A DNA stretch of 63,091 bases, filler included, from Reticulomyxa filosa (lineage: Eukaryota; Protista; Foraminifera): assembly GCA_000512085.1 (NCBI GenBank). It is 15 parts of 15 records of this genome, joined end to end, with 100 filler letters (N's around TTAATTAATTAA, not from the genome) between each part and the next. Parts side by side here need not be neighbours in the genome. Positions count along the whole stretch, not along the records: positions 9,492 to 12,947 come from ASPP01003042.1; positions 13,048 to 14,536 come from ASPP01022192.1; positions 14,637 to 23,338 come from ASPP01038941.1; positions 23,439 to 28,388 come from ASPP01003111.1; 11 more parts are not named here. One strand, 5' to 3'. The notes under the pieces are model-generated. The model had not been told where the DNA came from and ran no database searches. It was given only the letters and a program-made list of their open reading frames with translations. The position numbers were made by a program, and so were the translations under genes. Shown here piece by piece: positions 12,819 through 26,400 of the stretch (the first letter of the stretch is position 1; each line of letters starts with the position of its first letter).

Positions 12819-13272
12819 TTAGGCTAAAACTTGTTTAATCCAAAGTGTTTTTTTTTTTTTCATTGGTATTAAACTATTATAAATATGCATATACATACAT
12901 AAATATTTATCAATTCAAGTTGATTGTTAAAAACCATTAATCATTATNNNNNNNNNNNNNNNNNNNNNNNNNNNNNNNNNNNNNNNNNNNNTTAATTAAT
13001 TAANNNNNNNNNNNNNNNNNNNNNNNNNNNNNNNNNNNNNNNNNNNNATAAAAGAGGCTTATTTTTCATTATTTTTCTTCAAATGCATTTTAGACATTCT
13101 TTTCCTATCCAATAAACTTGTGTTGCATTTTCATGTTTATTACACTGTAATTTCACTGCATTATTTGCAATTTGACAAATTTTGTTGAAACATCACATAA
13201 TACAAAAATTACAATGAAAAAGATATGTGAAATAAATAACAATTAAATTTGTAATACCAAGGTTTTTTCACA

Positions 13273-14490
13273 ATGTTGTGGGAACCAGTTTCAAAGAGAA
13301 TTTTAAAAAAGCTGAACATGTTCAATCATCATTTAAAGGAAAAAGAGAATAGCGCTGCTGTTGCTGCAATCAATTTTGGAATATTGCAAACAGAGATGGC
13401 ATTTTGTTTAAATGCGCAACAGGGACGTATAGTCCCACTGAACGACGAGACGACATGGGGAACGACAACAACGTTATTGTTAGACAAGGCTTCTCTCAAG
13501 TATTAATGTATTTAAAATTTGAAACTTTCAAAATACATTATTTTTAAACAATGCATTAAATAATTGTTAAGCAACAATGGCCTTTTCTTTGTTTCGAAGG
13601 TATCATTCCTATAAGAGCTTCAACGGGTGGTTATTATTTGATCGATTCACCGAGAATGCATATGGTTTGTTCATTTATATTAGCTTGACTTTGATTAAAT
13701 CCATTAACACATTACAACAGACTTTGCAATTTTCGATAATAATAAAAAAAGAGTGCCAAGGAAGAAAAGAAGCAACTCTAAAAAAAGAGTTGAAATCTGT
13801 CAGTGGTGTCAGCATCGATACTGAAATTGTGTTCATTCGCGCGTTGCAATATTGCAAACAAAAGTTACTGAAACGTTTGCAACAGTGTGCAATCACTGCA
13901 GAGGAAAATACAATTCAATGGGTAATAGTTGTGCCGGATATTTGGAGTGAAGAAGCGAGAGGATTAATGCAGCAATGGGCAATACGAGCAAATCTATGGG
14001 ACCCATCTATTTCCAATCAATTACTACTTGCTTCTGAAAATGAATGTAGAAATATGTTTGTCATATCTGAACTGAATCATGGTCGAAATACAAAACCATT
14101 AAAAAAAGGAGATTGCTATGTGTTAATGGACTTTGGAGAAGCGATCTCAGATGTAGCATGCTATCAAGTCTCTGGACAATTTGAAGTGAAGGAAATAACC
14201 ACACTTAGAATCCCTTGGAAATTTTCATGCATTGATCAAGATATTATGAACATTATCGAACAAATTTGTGGGAAAAAAACAGTGCAAGATTTTCAAGTAG
14301 AGACTCCTGAGTGTTACGCAAAATTATTGAACAATATCACGAAAAGCAGAAAGGGGTTTTTCATTCATAAAAAGACAAATGGAATACATCGGATTGAAAT
14401 CCCTTTTGAATTTGTTCATTTTATGGATAAGCGTGTTACTGGTGACTTGAGTGATTTGGTTTCCAATTTTGAATATCTTGGAGAATCGGG
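13273..14490 (+). CDS. HSPA12-like atypical Hsp70/actin-fold protein with degenerate nucleotide-binding motifs; 3'-truncated, with introns
   Basis: AAINFGILQTEMAF (cf. AIDFGTTYSGYAF), IQWVIVVPDIWSEEARGLMQQWA (cf. WVLTVPAIW...AKQFMREAA), LLLASENEC (cf. LIALEPEAA), YVLMDFGEAISDV (cf. YxVxDxGGGTVD). Confidence 0.85.
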
Positions 14491-14492
14491 GT

Positions 14493-14533
<41 letters not shown>

Positions 14534-14989
14534 TTTNNNNNNNNNNNNNNNNNNNNNNNNNNNNNNNNNNNNNNNNNNNNTTAATTAATTAANNNNNNNN
14601 NNNNNNNNNNNNNNNNNNNNNNNNNNNNNNNNNNNNAAAATGAGAGCGGGTTTTTTCAGTCGTTTTCAAAAGTGATGGGATGAAAATTGCATCTATGGTC
14701 TAAAATACAATGAGATATTGAAAAACGTGGATTTTTTTAAGTGTTCTTTTTGCATCATTTTTAAGGCAATATATTTTTTTTTACTTAGCCAGGTTTTTAG
14801 TCTCAAAGAAAATAGAGAGAATAAGAAAGTATAGTAGAGAGATTTGGCACGTTGTACATTGCATTTGACAAAAAAAAAAGCCAAAAAACGACAAGCAATA
14901 TAAAAAGACGCATGAAACGACTTGGATCGATGTAATGTGGTACACCATATATTTGTTTATATACTGACATGTGTAACGTTGTTGGGCGT

Positions 14990-17900
14990 TAGTTATGTAT
15001 TTTTATGTGTGTACAAGACAGTGATTGCAAAGTGAGTAAAAGCAGCAGCTACTCGAGCGACGACGATGTGAGAGATATGGAACAGTACAATACATGCAAA
15101 CAACAAGACCCACAAAACAGGAAAAAACGAGTTAGCAAAAGCAAAAGCAAGAGCACGAGCAAAGGGATATTCAACTTTAATGAAATCGATATGTGGGACG
15201 AAGGAGACTTGGACACTGAAAAAAATGAAATGTTCAAAGAACTTGCCAAACTTATGGTTACTACCACTACCAAAGTTTCGAATTTTTTTCCTTCTCCCCC
15301 AGTCTTTATTATTTTCAAAAAAAAAAAAGTGTACGTAATTGCAAGTGGGAGGCTGAATGGGAAAAAAAAACAAAGCTAACATTAAAAGAGATGTCTCACA
15401 CTCGAAAAGCAACGATGTCGAAATTAGTAGACATACTCCGACGGGCAGATACAACAAAGTGATGATGTTTGATATGGCTGAACTGTGCAAGGGCGATGAC
15501 AAACATGGCGTCCCACACGATCCGGAAATCCTTCAATATCTGCAAGATTTGATGGGCGGCGAGACAAGAGTTTTTTGAGACCGACATCTTTAGCTGCATG
15601 TTACGCGTGGCATTATGACGACTTGTCACACGAGGACCACACTCATCTGTCCATTCATTCCTCGTCTTTAGAAAATACTAATGGCTTATATTTAGACCTG
15701 ACTTCGAAAGACAATTGTTACGTGTATCTCAAATGAAAGGCAAGACTTTAGTTCGCTTCATTTGTGTTTTTATTTGTTATCTGTTTGTTTATTGAATACC
15801 ACGTACTCATTTACAGCCTCGAGACTCATGTAATGCAATCATTGCCGGATTAAACAATTGTGACAGCCTTCCAAAGATATAACTGTGATATGCACTCAAT
15901 TGTGGATAGTCCAGTACCCAGTACATCAAATCATTGGCACTTGAGTTTTGTACCACTATGTTATTAACACATTTACTGTTATTTCCATCCAATGTGTGTC
16001 CATTATCATCGCTGCTATCATCCGTGCTAATATCACTTCCACTTTTGCTTTTTGAGTGACTTTCGCTTTGACTGTCATGCTAATTATCTCCATCATGACC
16101 CCGCAGCGAGGTTGCAAAATGCACAAGCTCATACTTTTTAGTGGACTTGGACGATTGCTGTATCCTTCTTGCTCCACAATCTTTAGTATTTGATGAACGA
16201 CCTGGTCAATGTCTTTACAATTCCAAACGTCTATTTTTTGTCGTTGGTGGCGATATGTCTCACCGTTTGCGATTGTAACTTTTCGTCCATATAGCTTTGC
16301 ACGACTTAATACGACAAGTGTTTCGAATCATAAAAAGAGATCCAATCTTGAACTTTTGCATCGTCATATTTCAGCAAACAATATTACCAATATATACAAA
16401 TATATATACATATATATGTAACTATTATTTTTTTTAGGGTACTGTTTGCGATAGAAATCCTTCCAAATATGAAGGAGTTCACGTTTGTTTTGATTGGCTA
16501 ATTTGTCTCACAAGTCGATAATATCACATTTTAACTCGGTGACAACTTGTGGCGACGTGAGGAGAACGGATTCTTTTTTACGTCATCGTCGTTGTTATTA
16601 CCTTTGTGTTGTCATGAATGGCAGTCGCATCAAACTCGACTCCACTTCCTCATTGTATCCATTGAGAGACTCCATTGGCCATTCCTTTTCCGGCTTCGTC
16701 TTGGTTCAATGCTTTATTGTCTCCAAGTCTTTCACATCATCTTCATTATTATTGTTATTAGGAATGGATAAGAGAGACTCGGCAGTGGCAATGGATTTAG
16801 GATGGAGCGACAATGCCACGGAGCAAGGGAGAATGAACGGCTTGACCAAAGTTCCGTTAAGTGCTGCTTCAAGAAGCAGAAGAGAATTGTTGTTATAGCG
16901 AGTGTGGGAGATGCCCGAGTAATGCTTTTTCAATTGCGAATGCTCGTCAGATGCAGTCTCCATTCCCGGCAAGGCACCTATCACTTCTGTGCCTCAGTCA
17001 TCACTCACCAAATGAAAGATACGATCATTGGATGTCTGTTGCGACAGGCATCATTATCATTATCATTATCCACTCGCGATTCTAAAGACGACGACGATGA
17101 TGTCATCAGACGATCTTGCGAGTCAAGCGCGTTTCCGCAAAACCTTTCTTTTGGACATATTTCTTCTTATGTTTCTTATTCTTTTTTTGTTGGATACATT
17201 GTTATGATTTCCATGATGGTCTGCTGTTCACTGAACCGTTTTGCTTTGGCTTTGGTGATCTTTCGTCGCTTTTTTGTACTAGAGTTTGAATTTGGATTCG
17301 GGTTTAACTGTGGCGTTGATGCCACGGGTTTTAGTTTAGTCGCCACCATTGCAGCCGCTGCTGCAGCACTTGTGAGAAGAGCTTGCTTCATTGCTACTGT
17401 TGCATTGCGACTTGTGTACAGTTGTAGCACGGAACTGTTCAGCACCATTTGCAACCCCTCTCCAAACATGTGCAATTCACTTCCAATCACTCTTCCTGTC
17501 TTCGATTGTTGCTTCTATCTTTTCTCATACTATCCCAAGTATTTAAAAATGCATATACAAATGTATGTATATACATATATGTACATTTTTTTAAAAAAAG
17601 GATGTATGTGAATGAAATTTTAAGCAAACTTGTCAAAGACAGCGGCGATGAAGTGTTGATACTGCATGCCACTTGATCCGGTCTTGTTGGAGCGAGGGCC
17701 CTTTGGCGACGCCAGCGTTGGAATATGAAGAAGCATAATAGCACTTGGCGTCCTTTTCGCACAAGTACTTGATGGTCTACACTCGACAGCAGTGCAAGAC
17801 ACAAGTACAAAAATATACACACATGATCTTTGTTGGACAGCGCTTGTAACTTTGCTACTACAGTAGTAGAGGAATGATAATTTCCATTGAAATTTGAATT

Positions 17901-20900
17901 CGAATTCAAATGCAAGCTCATGTTGATGTTGAGATTGGACAGAAAAGTGATGGAAAAAAAGGTAAAGAAAACAGGATAAAAGATGTTGTCGAGTACATCT
18001 CGACGTTTATCTTGCAACATGTCGGCAATCTCTTTGTAAGATACTATGTAGTTCGAACGCAACTACCTGTTCGCCACTTTGCTTTGCAATTGCCGCAAAA
18101 AGTGCAAGTAGTCTCTTATTCCAAATGTCTCCTCCGTCATCTGTGGCATCATATATCATTTCTCTTACTCTTTTTCATTTCTGTCATCATCTTCGTCGTT
18201 GACATCTGCTTTACTGTGATTGTTCAACCAAGAGTCCATTAAATTTGTCTTTTTCTTTTTTTTTTCTGTCTCGTCGTGTCTATCTCCGATTTCGTATTCT
18301 TTGAATTCATTGCAAACGACAAACAAGTAAGGCTCAATATCAGACGACGCTAATTTCATTCTTTGCTATATGCATATATAGTTGGAGTTTTCGAAACAAT
18401 ATGCCTGATTGTATGATGTTCCGAACGAAAACAGCGAGAAAGGAGAAGACGGCAAGCAGCTGACGTCGATCGTGCAATGGAATTGCCACAAGAACACGCT
18501 TACGGTGAACAAGGCGCTGGCGAAAGTGCAAGACCAAATCGAAAAAGTGAAGGAAAAGCAAAAGAACGGAGGAGAAAGAACGTAGAGACGAGCCACATCA
18601 AATTGCAAGGCCACAGCCATTGCAGCATGCCTTGCATCAAGCCAAAGATCGTTCTGCAAACCGACTCAAATTGAGATTGATGCCCCAAGGCTATTGGGTT
18701 AAGCAATGCACTAGCACCACTGATGTTGAGTTGTCCACGATGACAAAGTGATGAAGAAATAACAAATAACATCTTAATTAAATCTTCGCACTCACAGATC
18801 TTTCTTATATTTTAAATATAATTGATGTCGTATGTTCACTTTTTCTCTTTTTTCTAATCAAAACTAGCTTATCCCCGTTTCACCTTAAAAATTATATCAT
18901 TTTTAAATTTATTTCTCTTAAAACTCATTTGAAAAACTATTTACAACATTCTTTTTCTCTTTTCCGTGTTCTAATTGAAAAAAAAGGAAACAATGCGAAA
19001 CGCCATATCAAAAAAAAAAAATCTTTGTACTAAAAACAAAAACTAACCGTCTTAAAGATGTTGCTTGCAATTCAATATTTTATTGGCTTTTGTGTACTAG
19101 CTAAAGGAGTATTATCCCAAAGTTGCACTTATATGAGCGGTGACTACAAATTGTCGTTGTCATCGGTGACAATGTTGTCATGGTACGCAGAAGCGCGTTT
19201 ACATAATACTAGACCCCATGTACTGATTGCTATTCGTGCGGAACCAGCGGTAACATAATGGAGGGACAAAAGAACAAGTTGGCAGGATGAGACAACTCTG
19301 AGGAGGTAAGCTACATTCAACCGCCGGAAAATGGACGATCAGATACGCGAACATATCAACATGCAACGGGCCGCAAGAACAACAAAGTTCTTTTTGAGCT
19401 TTGGGAGTGACAGAGTTCAGTTAAAAGAAGGAGGATGAAAAAATGGGCGGGGCTTGAGAATAAAATAACCTAAATGGATTTGAATATCCGACAGACAGTC
19501 ACGAACAAACCAAGTTTTTGTTTTGTCGGATTGTGGGTATCCACTATAATAACAAATTGTTGTCACCGACAAAGGCTGCAAATCCAGTATCCAAAAATAA
19601 CAAATCGACACAGTTCATCCGAAAATATCTTCGCAGCCGAAACGGAGAATGAATAGCGTCTGGAGGAAGAAAATGATAAAGATAAAGTGTCATCACTACA
19701 ATTGACGGAATTGGAGCAACTCCAAGAAGACAAAAATGTAGTAAGCGATGTTAAGGCAGAAGCACAAGCAATTAAAACAAATGAAGTGAATGAGGAAAAG
19801 ACAGACGCACAAGTAGAAGCATTAACAAAACAAGAGGCAGTGTGTGCACCTGTGAAATGGGAAGACACATTTGGAGCCATTGATTTTTGTGATGGGAAAA
19901 ATGAAGAAACAGATAGAATGAACAGGTCATTGAAACATTACTTCGTGCATTTGATATTGTGTATCAATTGATCAAAAGTAAATTGAAATTTTTGTTCGAT
20001 ATCATTCCCGCCGTAAAAACAAGTATTGGAAATTTGCAGATTGCAGTCACAAGAGATAAGTGCTGAAAGGATGCAAAAGCAACGAAAGAGCATCATGAAA
20101 AAGGAAGAAAACAAGATCGAAAGAAGAAAACCAAGAAATATGGAGCTGGAATAAACAAATTGACAAAAGGGTATTCCCAAAAAGAATTATATAAACAAGT
20201 GCTATTGCAATTGTTTGATTGATTTTCCATCAAAGACGATTTGGTATATATGCTGTTGCTACGAGAGTCGATGCTCAAACGCGCAGAGGATGTTCTGGTC
20301 ACCACCATACAAGGATATTCCTCTGATTCGAAAACAAGAAAAAGAGTCGAAAATAAATGAAACATCTTCGGATATGAAGAAGCCAAGATCCTCGCACAAA
20401 ATCCATCTGAACATCATTATGTCAATGTTTTGCAGAATTGATCGAATTTTATGTCAATCAATACGTTACGCTATTTACATATATGAATATATAATGTGCA
20501 TATATATATTAAATAACATACACCTTGCAAATAATAAAAAATGCAGATCAACACATTGTAATTGGGGAATGAGTCAAATGCGTCCGAACATAGCGCAATC
20601 CAATTGTTAACCGGATTGCAGAAGGATTTAATGTCGAAACGATTGCTTATTCCTGACAACGTCTGGCGTAGTCAATGATATCACATTCCAAAAATCGTAT
20701 ATTGCTTGCATAAACGCATCACTGTCAAACATTATACGTAAGTACACACATACACATATGTATATGTACATATATGTGCAAATCGTATATCTTCTTTGGA
20801 GTCCATCTTTTTTTACAATTTATCTATAAAAGCAAGAAAAAAAAACATGACTGTAAACAGCAAAAAAAAAAGTTATCCAGTGAATATAGCCACTTACAAA

Positions 20901-23300
20901 CACCGTGAATAAGATTAAGATACACAAGACAAAAATTGTTGGATAAGGTGATGTCACATAATAATGATCTTTTGTTCAGTTTCGAAGTTGGCATCGCCAA
21001 ACTTCTTCTCCGATTAAAGAGAGTTGCAGCAAGTGGTGAGCTCAAATCAACAATGCATGTAACTGATTTGGAGGTTCTTGTCAGCACCAAAGGTCAACAA
21101 GTGCTTGTGGCGGATGCTCAACAAAGACATGAGATAATGGTCAATGTCTTAACACAGGTTGCACGGTGATTGTATGTTATATCGCGTATGTTTTGTGTTT
21201 ACTTCGTGTGATCGTGTGTTTTTGTTGTTTTTTTTTAATATGTATATGGTATACGTAATCACCACAATTTTTTTGTTAATTTGAGTATAATGGCGACTGT
21301 GAAGACATTAAATCAAAAATATTTGGTAGAGTTCATCAAAGTCTTGTCTAATTAGTAGTCAATGAAATCAAGGCTATCGAAAATCCGACCAGTAATGGTG
21401 CACTACCTGCATCAATAACGGATGCAACGGACAATGCATAGCTTCCACTTCCGGATGACACAGATGAGTATGCAAAAGTAAAGCGAAAACGAAAGCGGCC
21501 AAGACTACGACAACTGTCAAAATGAAAGAATAGATGAAAACATCATTCTAAGTTTTGTGTTGTATTTTTAGCACTAGAATGTTATTTTTTCGATCAGTTG
21601 ATTTTCTTACACATTTATGTGTTTGTCCATTTTTTGTCTTGGAAATTGAACAAAAAGAGCAATTTGGACAACTACAACTTTTAGCAACAGTGTATGATGA
21701 CTCAATGTTGTGGTATTTACTCAACTGACGCCAGACTTTTTGGGCGCCAGTATCATTCAATTATCAAACTTATAATAGCTCATTCACTTGAATGCTAATC
21801 AAGCCGAATACAATGTCCAACTAGTCTTGTCCAGTGCAAGCTTTGAGAATACATCTTCCAAGATACAATTCAAAAGACTGTATGAATCAACAAAAAAATG
21901 TCAACATATTTTTGGCTCTTGTAAAAGAGTTATGTGATTAAATTTACATATATATCAATGTCAATAAACATACAAATTTGTTATACAATCTTTTATTTTG
22001 TTGTTGTAAGCGTCATTGATAGCCAATGTCTAAATCAAACCGATTCAACAAATACACAAGATAAATAAACAAAATTGATTCGTTTGGCTGCCGATAACAA
22101 AGACAGTGAATCCATTGAAGACTTGACCTGATTTCACGATTGATAAACTGCATCCAAAAACGACACTTAAATAAACCAATTGAAGGATTTCATTTGGAAA
22201 TTTTTAATATAATGGCCAATCAAAAAATACGCAAAAATTCCGATACGGTTGTGCGTTTATGATTAATTATCGGTAGTTCATTGCAACGGACAGCAGTATC
22301 TCCACACAGTAGTTGATTAGAATATCTTGGTGTTTGTGGAGGCATCGAGTAGAAAGCAATATGGCGCGCTCATCGTAATCAACACCAGCTCTTATGTACG
22401 CGTTGAGATAGGATTCTTCGTTTCCATCTGCTCGATCTACGCGAATCAGCAACTTGGAGCAAGCCACGGCGCCTCGAGGAACAAGGTCACCGTTGTCGAA
22501 TGAAATGCAGCACGTCCACATTGATATCAAGCAGATTTAATATGTCCAATTTGCACAGCACAAGCTTTATTAGTTGGACTAGTTTGATGGAGACTTATAG
22601 ACAATGGTCTTCACTGACTCGTGTGACTAATCCTTTTGTGCTAAAAAAAGATTTAAAGATATTAATATTATATTTATACATATATATATTGATATGCATG
22701 TATCATTTTGCACTTGCTGAAGCGAAAAACAAATACTAGATTTGTTCAATAGATACTGTTGCAAAGGACTAATTGGTGTTTTGATACATGACAGAACTAC
22801 CATTGAGTTTCCTCTAGATTCCAACTATTCCAACTTTGATCAAATGTGGGGGCAATTTTGCAGTCTTTTTTGTCGTTTTGTGCAGAAGACGACGATAACA
22901 CATAGTAACTACACACAATGCTTCTAGCTTTCATGATAGTGACACTTGCATTTTGCAAGGTGATGATTCACACGATTATCGACAGACTGTCTTCAATGAC
23001 GTCGTGTGCAATGTGCACGTGCGTGTAGATAGCGGACAGCGTCTTGGGCAGTTGGGCAGAGATGCTGCATGTGGAACATCCATTCGAGCAGCTAGTCCTT
23101 GTAATGCAACATGTCATTGCCAATGGCATAAGCGAGCATGTAGATTCGCTTGATCACATGTTTGAAAATTTTGCGAATAGTTATCGTCGGTACTGGTGCC
23201 ATAGTCGTGGTCGATCACATTTCCATCAACGAGTATTAACCCGCCTTGTGGCATGTAGTCGTGAATATTCATTGACTACTGTTTGTGTTTGAGTTTGAAT
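14990..23300. pseudogene. Patchwork of decayed coding-like fragments on both strands
   Basis: Codon-like acidic and low-complexity stretches are repeatedly broken by stops and frameshifts (e.g. ETENE*RLEEENDKDK with TAG at 19654-19656) and mixed with TA-rich intron-like tracts. No family recognised. Confidence 0.45.
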
Positions 23301-23438
23301 CGATACTTTCTAAACCTTAATGATGGACAAAACAGAATNNNNNNNNNNNNNNNNNNNNNNNNNNNNNNNNNNNNNNNNNNNNTTAATTAATTAANNNNNN
23401 NNNNNNNNNNNNNNNNNNNNNNNNNNNNNNNNNNNNNN

Positions 23439-26400
23439 AACAGGTATCGTCGAGTTTATTGGTACTGTCGAATTTGACGAAGGAACATGGGTCGGCTTGA
23501 TCTTGGATGAAATATCCCCCAATGCGACCGATGGCATCATCAGCGGAAAGTTATACTTTCAAACCCAACCGCACAGAGCATTCTTCACAAAGCAAAAGCA
23601 TTTGACAGAGAATCTGGGTTCCATTCTCAACACGCCATTGATAATGCTGGGAAGAAACACCGCTCAAAATGACTTGGCGTTTAAAATCGGAGACCGAATT
23701 CAATTGGCGGAAGGTGGCACAGGCACTGTGAAATATATCGGCTCCGACGAGGATAGCAAAGAAATAGAACCGATCGTTGGAGTGGAATTGGACACGTGGG
23801 ATCCCAATGCCAATGATGGGATATTTAAAGGCAAGGAGTTGTTTCAAGTCAAAATGGGCAGAGGTCTGTTCACACGTCGCCAATCGATACTCCAGGTATT
23901 GCCAGACAAGCCCAACGATACGCGCCATTTGAAAGACATGCCAAAGATTGGAAACCGTGTGAAACTGCATTCGGGAGAAGAGGCTGTCGTGGACAGTATT
24001 GGCGACGATATCACTGTCACATTGCTGTTCTCGTCCACGCGAAGTGATATCCGACGGACGGTAAAGTTGACCGATTTGAGTGAAAACTTGGGCAAATTTT
24101 ATGACAAGCAATACACCGTCTTGCCAAACAAACACTTGGAATTGATCGTCGGTGATCATGTTCGTTTGATCCGTGGCAAAACAGGCAAAATCAAATATAT
24201 TGGCCGAGTGGGCAATGAAGGCGAAATGATCGGACTTGAAATGGATTCGTGGACTCCGAGTGGACACACTGGCAAAGGGTATTTCATTGCTCCCAATGGC
24301 CGTGGACACTTTGCAAAACGCTCCGATATCGTCGAAATCATTAAACCTCCGGAAAAATCGGAACAAGCAAAACTTCAAATCCAAAGACATCGACAAATGC
24401 TCAATTTGCAAAATAAAGTATACAAAATCGAACAATTGGAAAAAAAGCAGCGCTTGGGAATGGACTTAGACTCGGAACAAAACCAATTTGTTCAGCGCAA
24501 AACGCTGCTGCAAAGACAATTGAAAGACTTGACCGAGGCGTTCAATCAAAACTATCCTTTCGTCGAAATTGATGAAGTCGTCAAACGCGAGGCAAGTGCG
24601 GGATCGAATGGATATGGATCGCTTGTGATCCAAGAGTCATTGTCCGTAAACACCGGCGATCGAGTCGTCCTGGACAGTGGCGACATTGGCAAAGTGATAT
24701 TTATTGGGTCGGTGAGCTTTGACAATCGACAAATGCTTGGAATCCTCTTGGATGAGTGGTCTCCCAATGGACACGATGGAACAGTGGATGGCACGCAGTA
24801 CTTTGAAGCGCCCGAGGGAAGAGGCCTATTGGTACCCTTTGACTCCGTCGTGGGGTTGTATGATGAGTACGGAGAGGTGCAAAAGGCCGCACCCAAAAAA
24901 AAGATCAAAAAAAATGATCAAAAACGAGGATCCGTGGAATTGAAGCCAGTCATGGAAGAAGAAGACGATGACGACGATGAAGATTACAAAAATGAATCGG
25001 AAAGGCAATCGATAATAACAAAAATTTTTGAGGGAGATAAGACAGTGTATCCTGATTTGCCAAAAGTGGGCGAAAAAGTAAACGTTGGAGGTGTGTGTGT
25101 GGGAAGGAAAAAAAAAAAAAAAAAAGAACTTTCATATACGATTTTGTCGTATTGAATGATAGATATGCGGTGTTGTAATGTTTTTGTGTGTTTTGGCAAC
25201 AGGAAAATCGGGAGTGGTAAAATATGTCGGAAAAACAGAATTCAGCAAGGAAGAACCAATGATTGGAATTGAATTGGAAACGTGGAGTGCCAATGCCACG
25301 GATGGGTCGTTCATGGGGACGAAATACTTTGAGTCTGCTCCAGGCAAAGGATACTTTCTCCGTAAAGATTCGTATGCCTCTTTAAATGATATGATGAACA
25401 ATAGCAAAGCCAAGTCTATTCTGCAGCAAGGCTCTTTGGCTTTGGAAAACTTTGATTCCAAAGCCTTGGGAGTGTACTTTGAGGAAGATGACCACGTGGT
25501 GACCAGCGAGGGCCACAGTGGGAAAGTTGCGTTTATTGGAAAAGTCAAATTTAGCACAAAGGAAATGGTCGGCTTACTTTTGGACGAATGGGACCCCAAT
25601 GGACATAACGGAAGGGTGCGCGGTGAGAAATACTTTGACGCCTTGGACGGATTTGGCTGGTTTGTGCCCGTGGACTGTGTTATCGAAAAAATTACCGACG
25701 ACGAGGAATGGAAAAACAAAAGAGAAGAAACGCAACGCCAAAAATCGAAAAACAAATACCGTCCAAAGATTGAGATTGGACAACGTGTGCAAATCAAAGG
25801 AGGACTTCGTGGCTTGGTTCGTTTCTATGGAAAAACAGCCTTTGACGATAGCAAATGGGTTGGATTGGAATTGGATAACTGGCATTACAATGCACATGAC
25901 GGCACTGTCGATGGCAACAACTACTTTACTGCGAACAAAGGACGTGGATTCTTTGTTAGGCCAGAGAACATTTCTGTTGTGCTGAGAAGAGAAGACGAAA
26001 AAAAAGACGTGGAGTCATTGACAGTGATGCCAGAAATTGGAGATCGTGTGCGAACTGTTCGTGGCAAGACTGGGATTGTTCGTTTCATTGGACCTGTCAG
26101 CTTCTCCAGTGGAGTGCTCATTGGTCTTGAACTGGATCGCTGGAGTGCTAACGGCAATAACGGCTCTGTCGACGATTCCCCTTATTTCAGTTGTCCGTTG
26201 GGTCGTGGCTGCTTTACCTCTTTGTCTCATTTGATCGAAAACTTGGGATCCACTTTACCCACTCAGTCCGAATCAAATGAAAATGATTCCAAGACATCCA
26301 CCGAAAATTCAAAACAAGACTCATCATCATTACGACTCGGAGACAAGGTCCAATTACCTCAAGGAAAAGTGGGCACTGTTCGTTTTATTGGAACGACTGA

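Noticed and set aside
19600-20400. Stop-codon reassignment explaining in-frame TAG/TAA/TGA
   Set aside because: Conserved genes have long stop-free exons and end in TAA, TAG or TGA. The affected regions also contain frameshifts, which fits pseudogene decay.
23551-24435. Long antisense ORFs opposite the CAP-Gly, WD40 and other genes
   Set aside because: They are shadow ORFs of the coding strand with no recognisable motifs.
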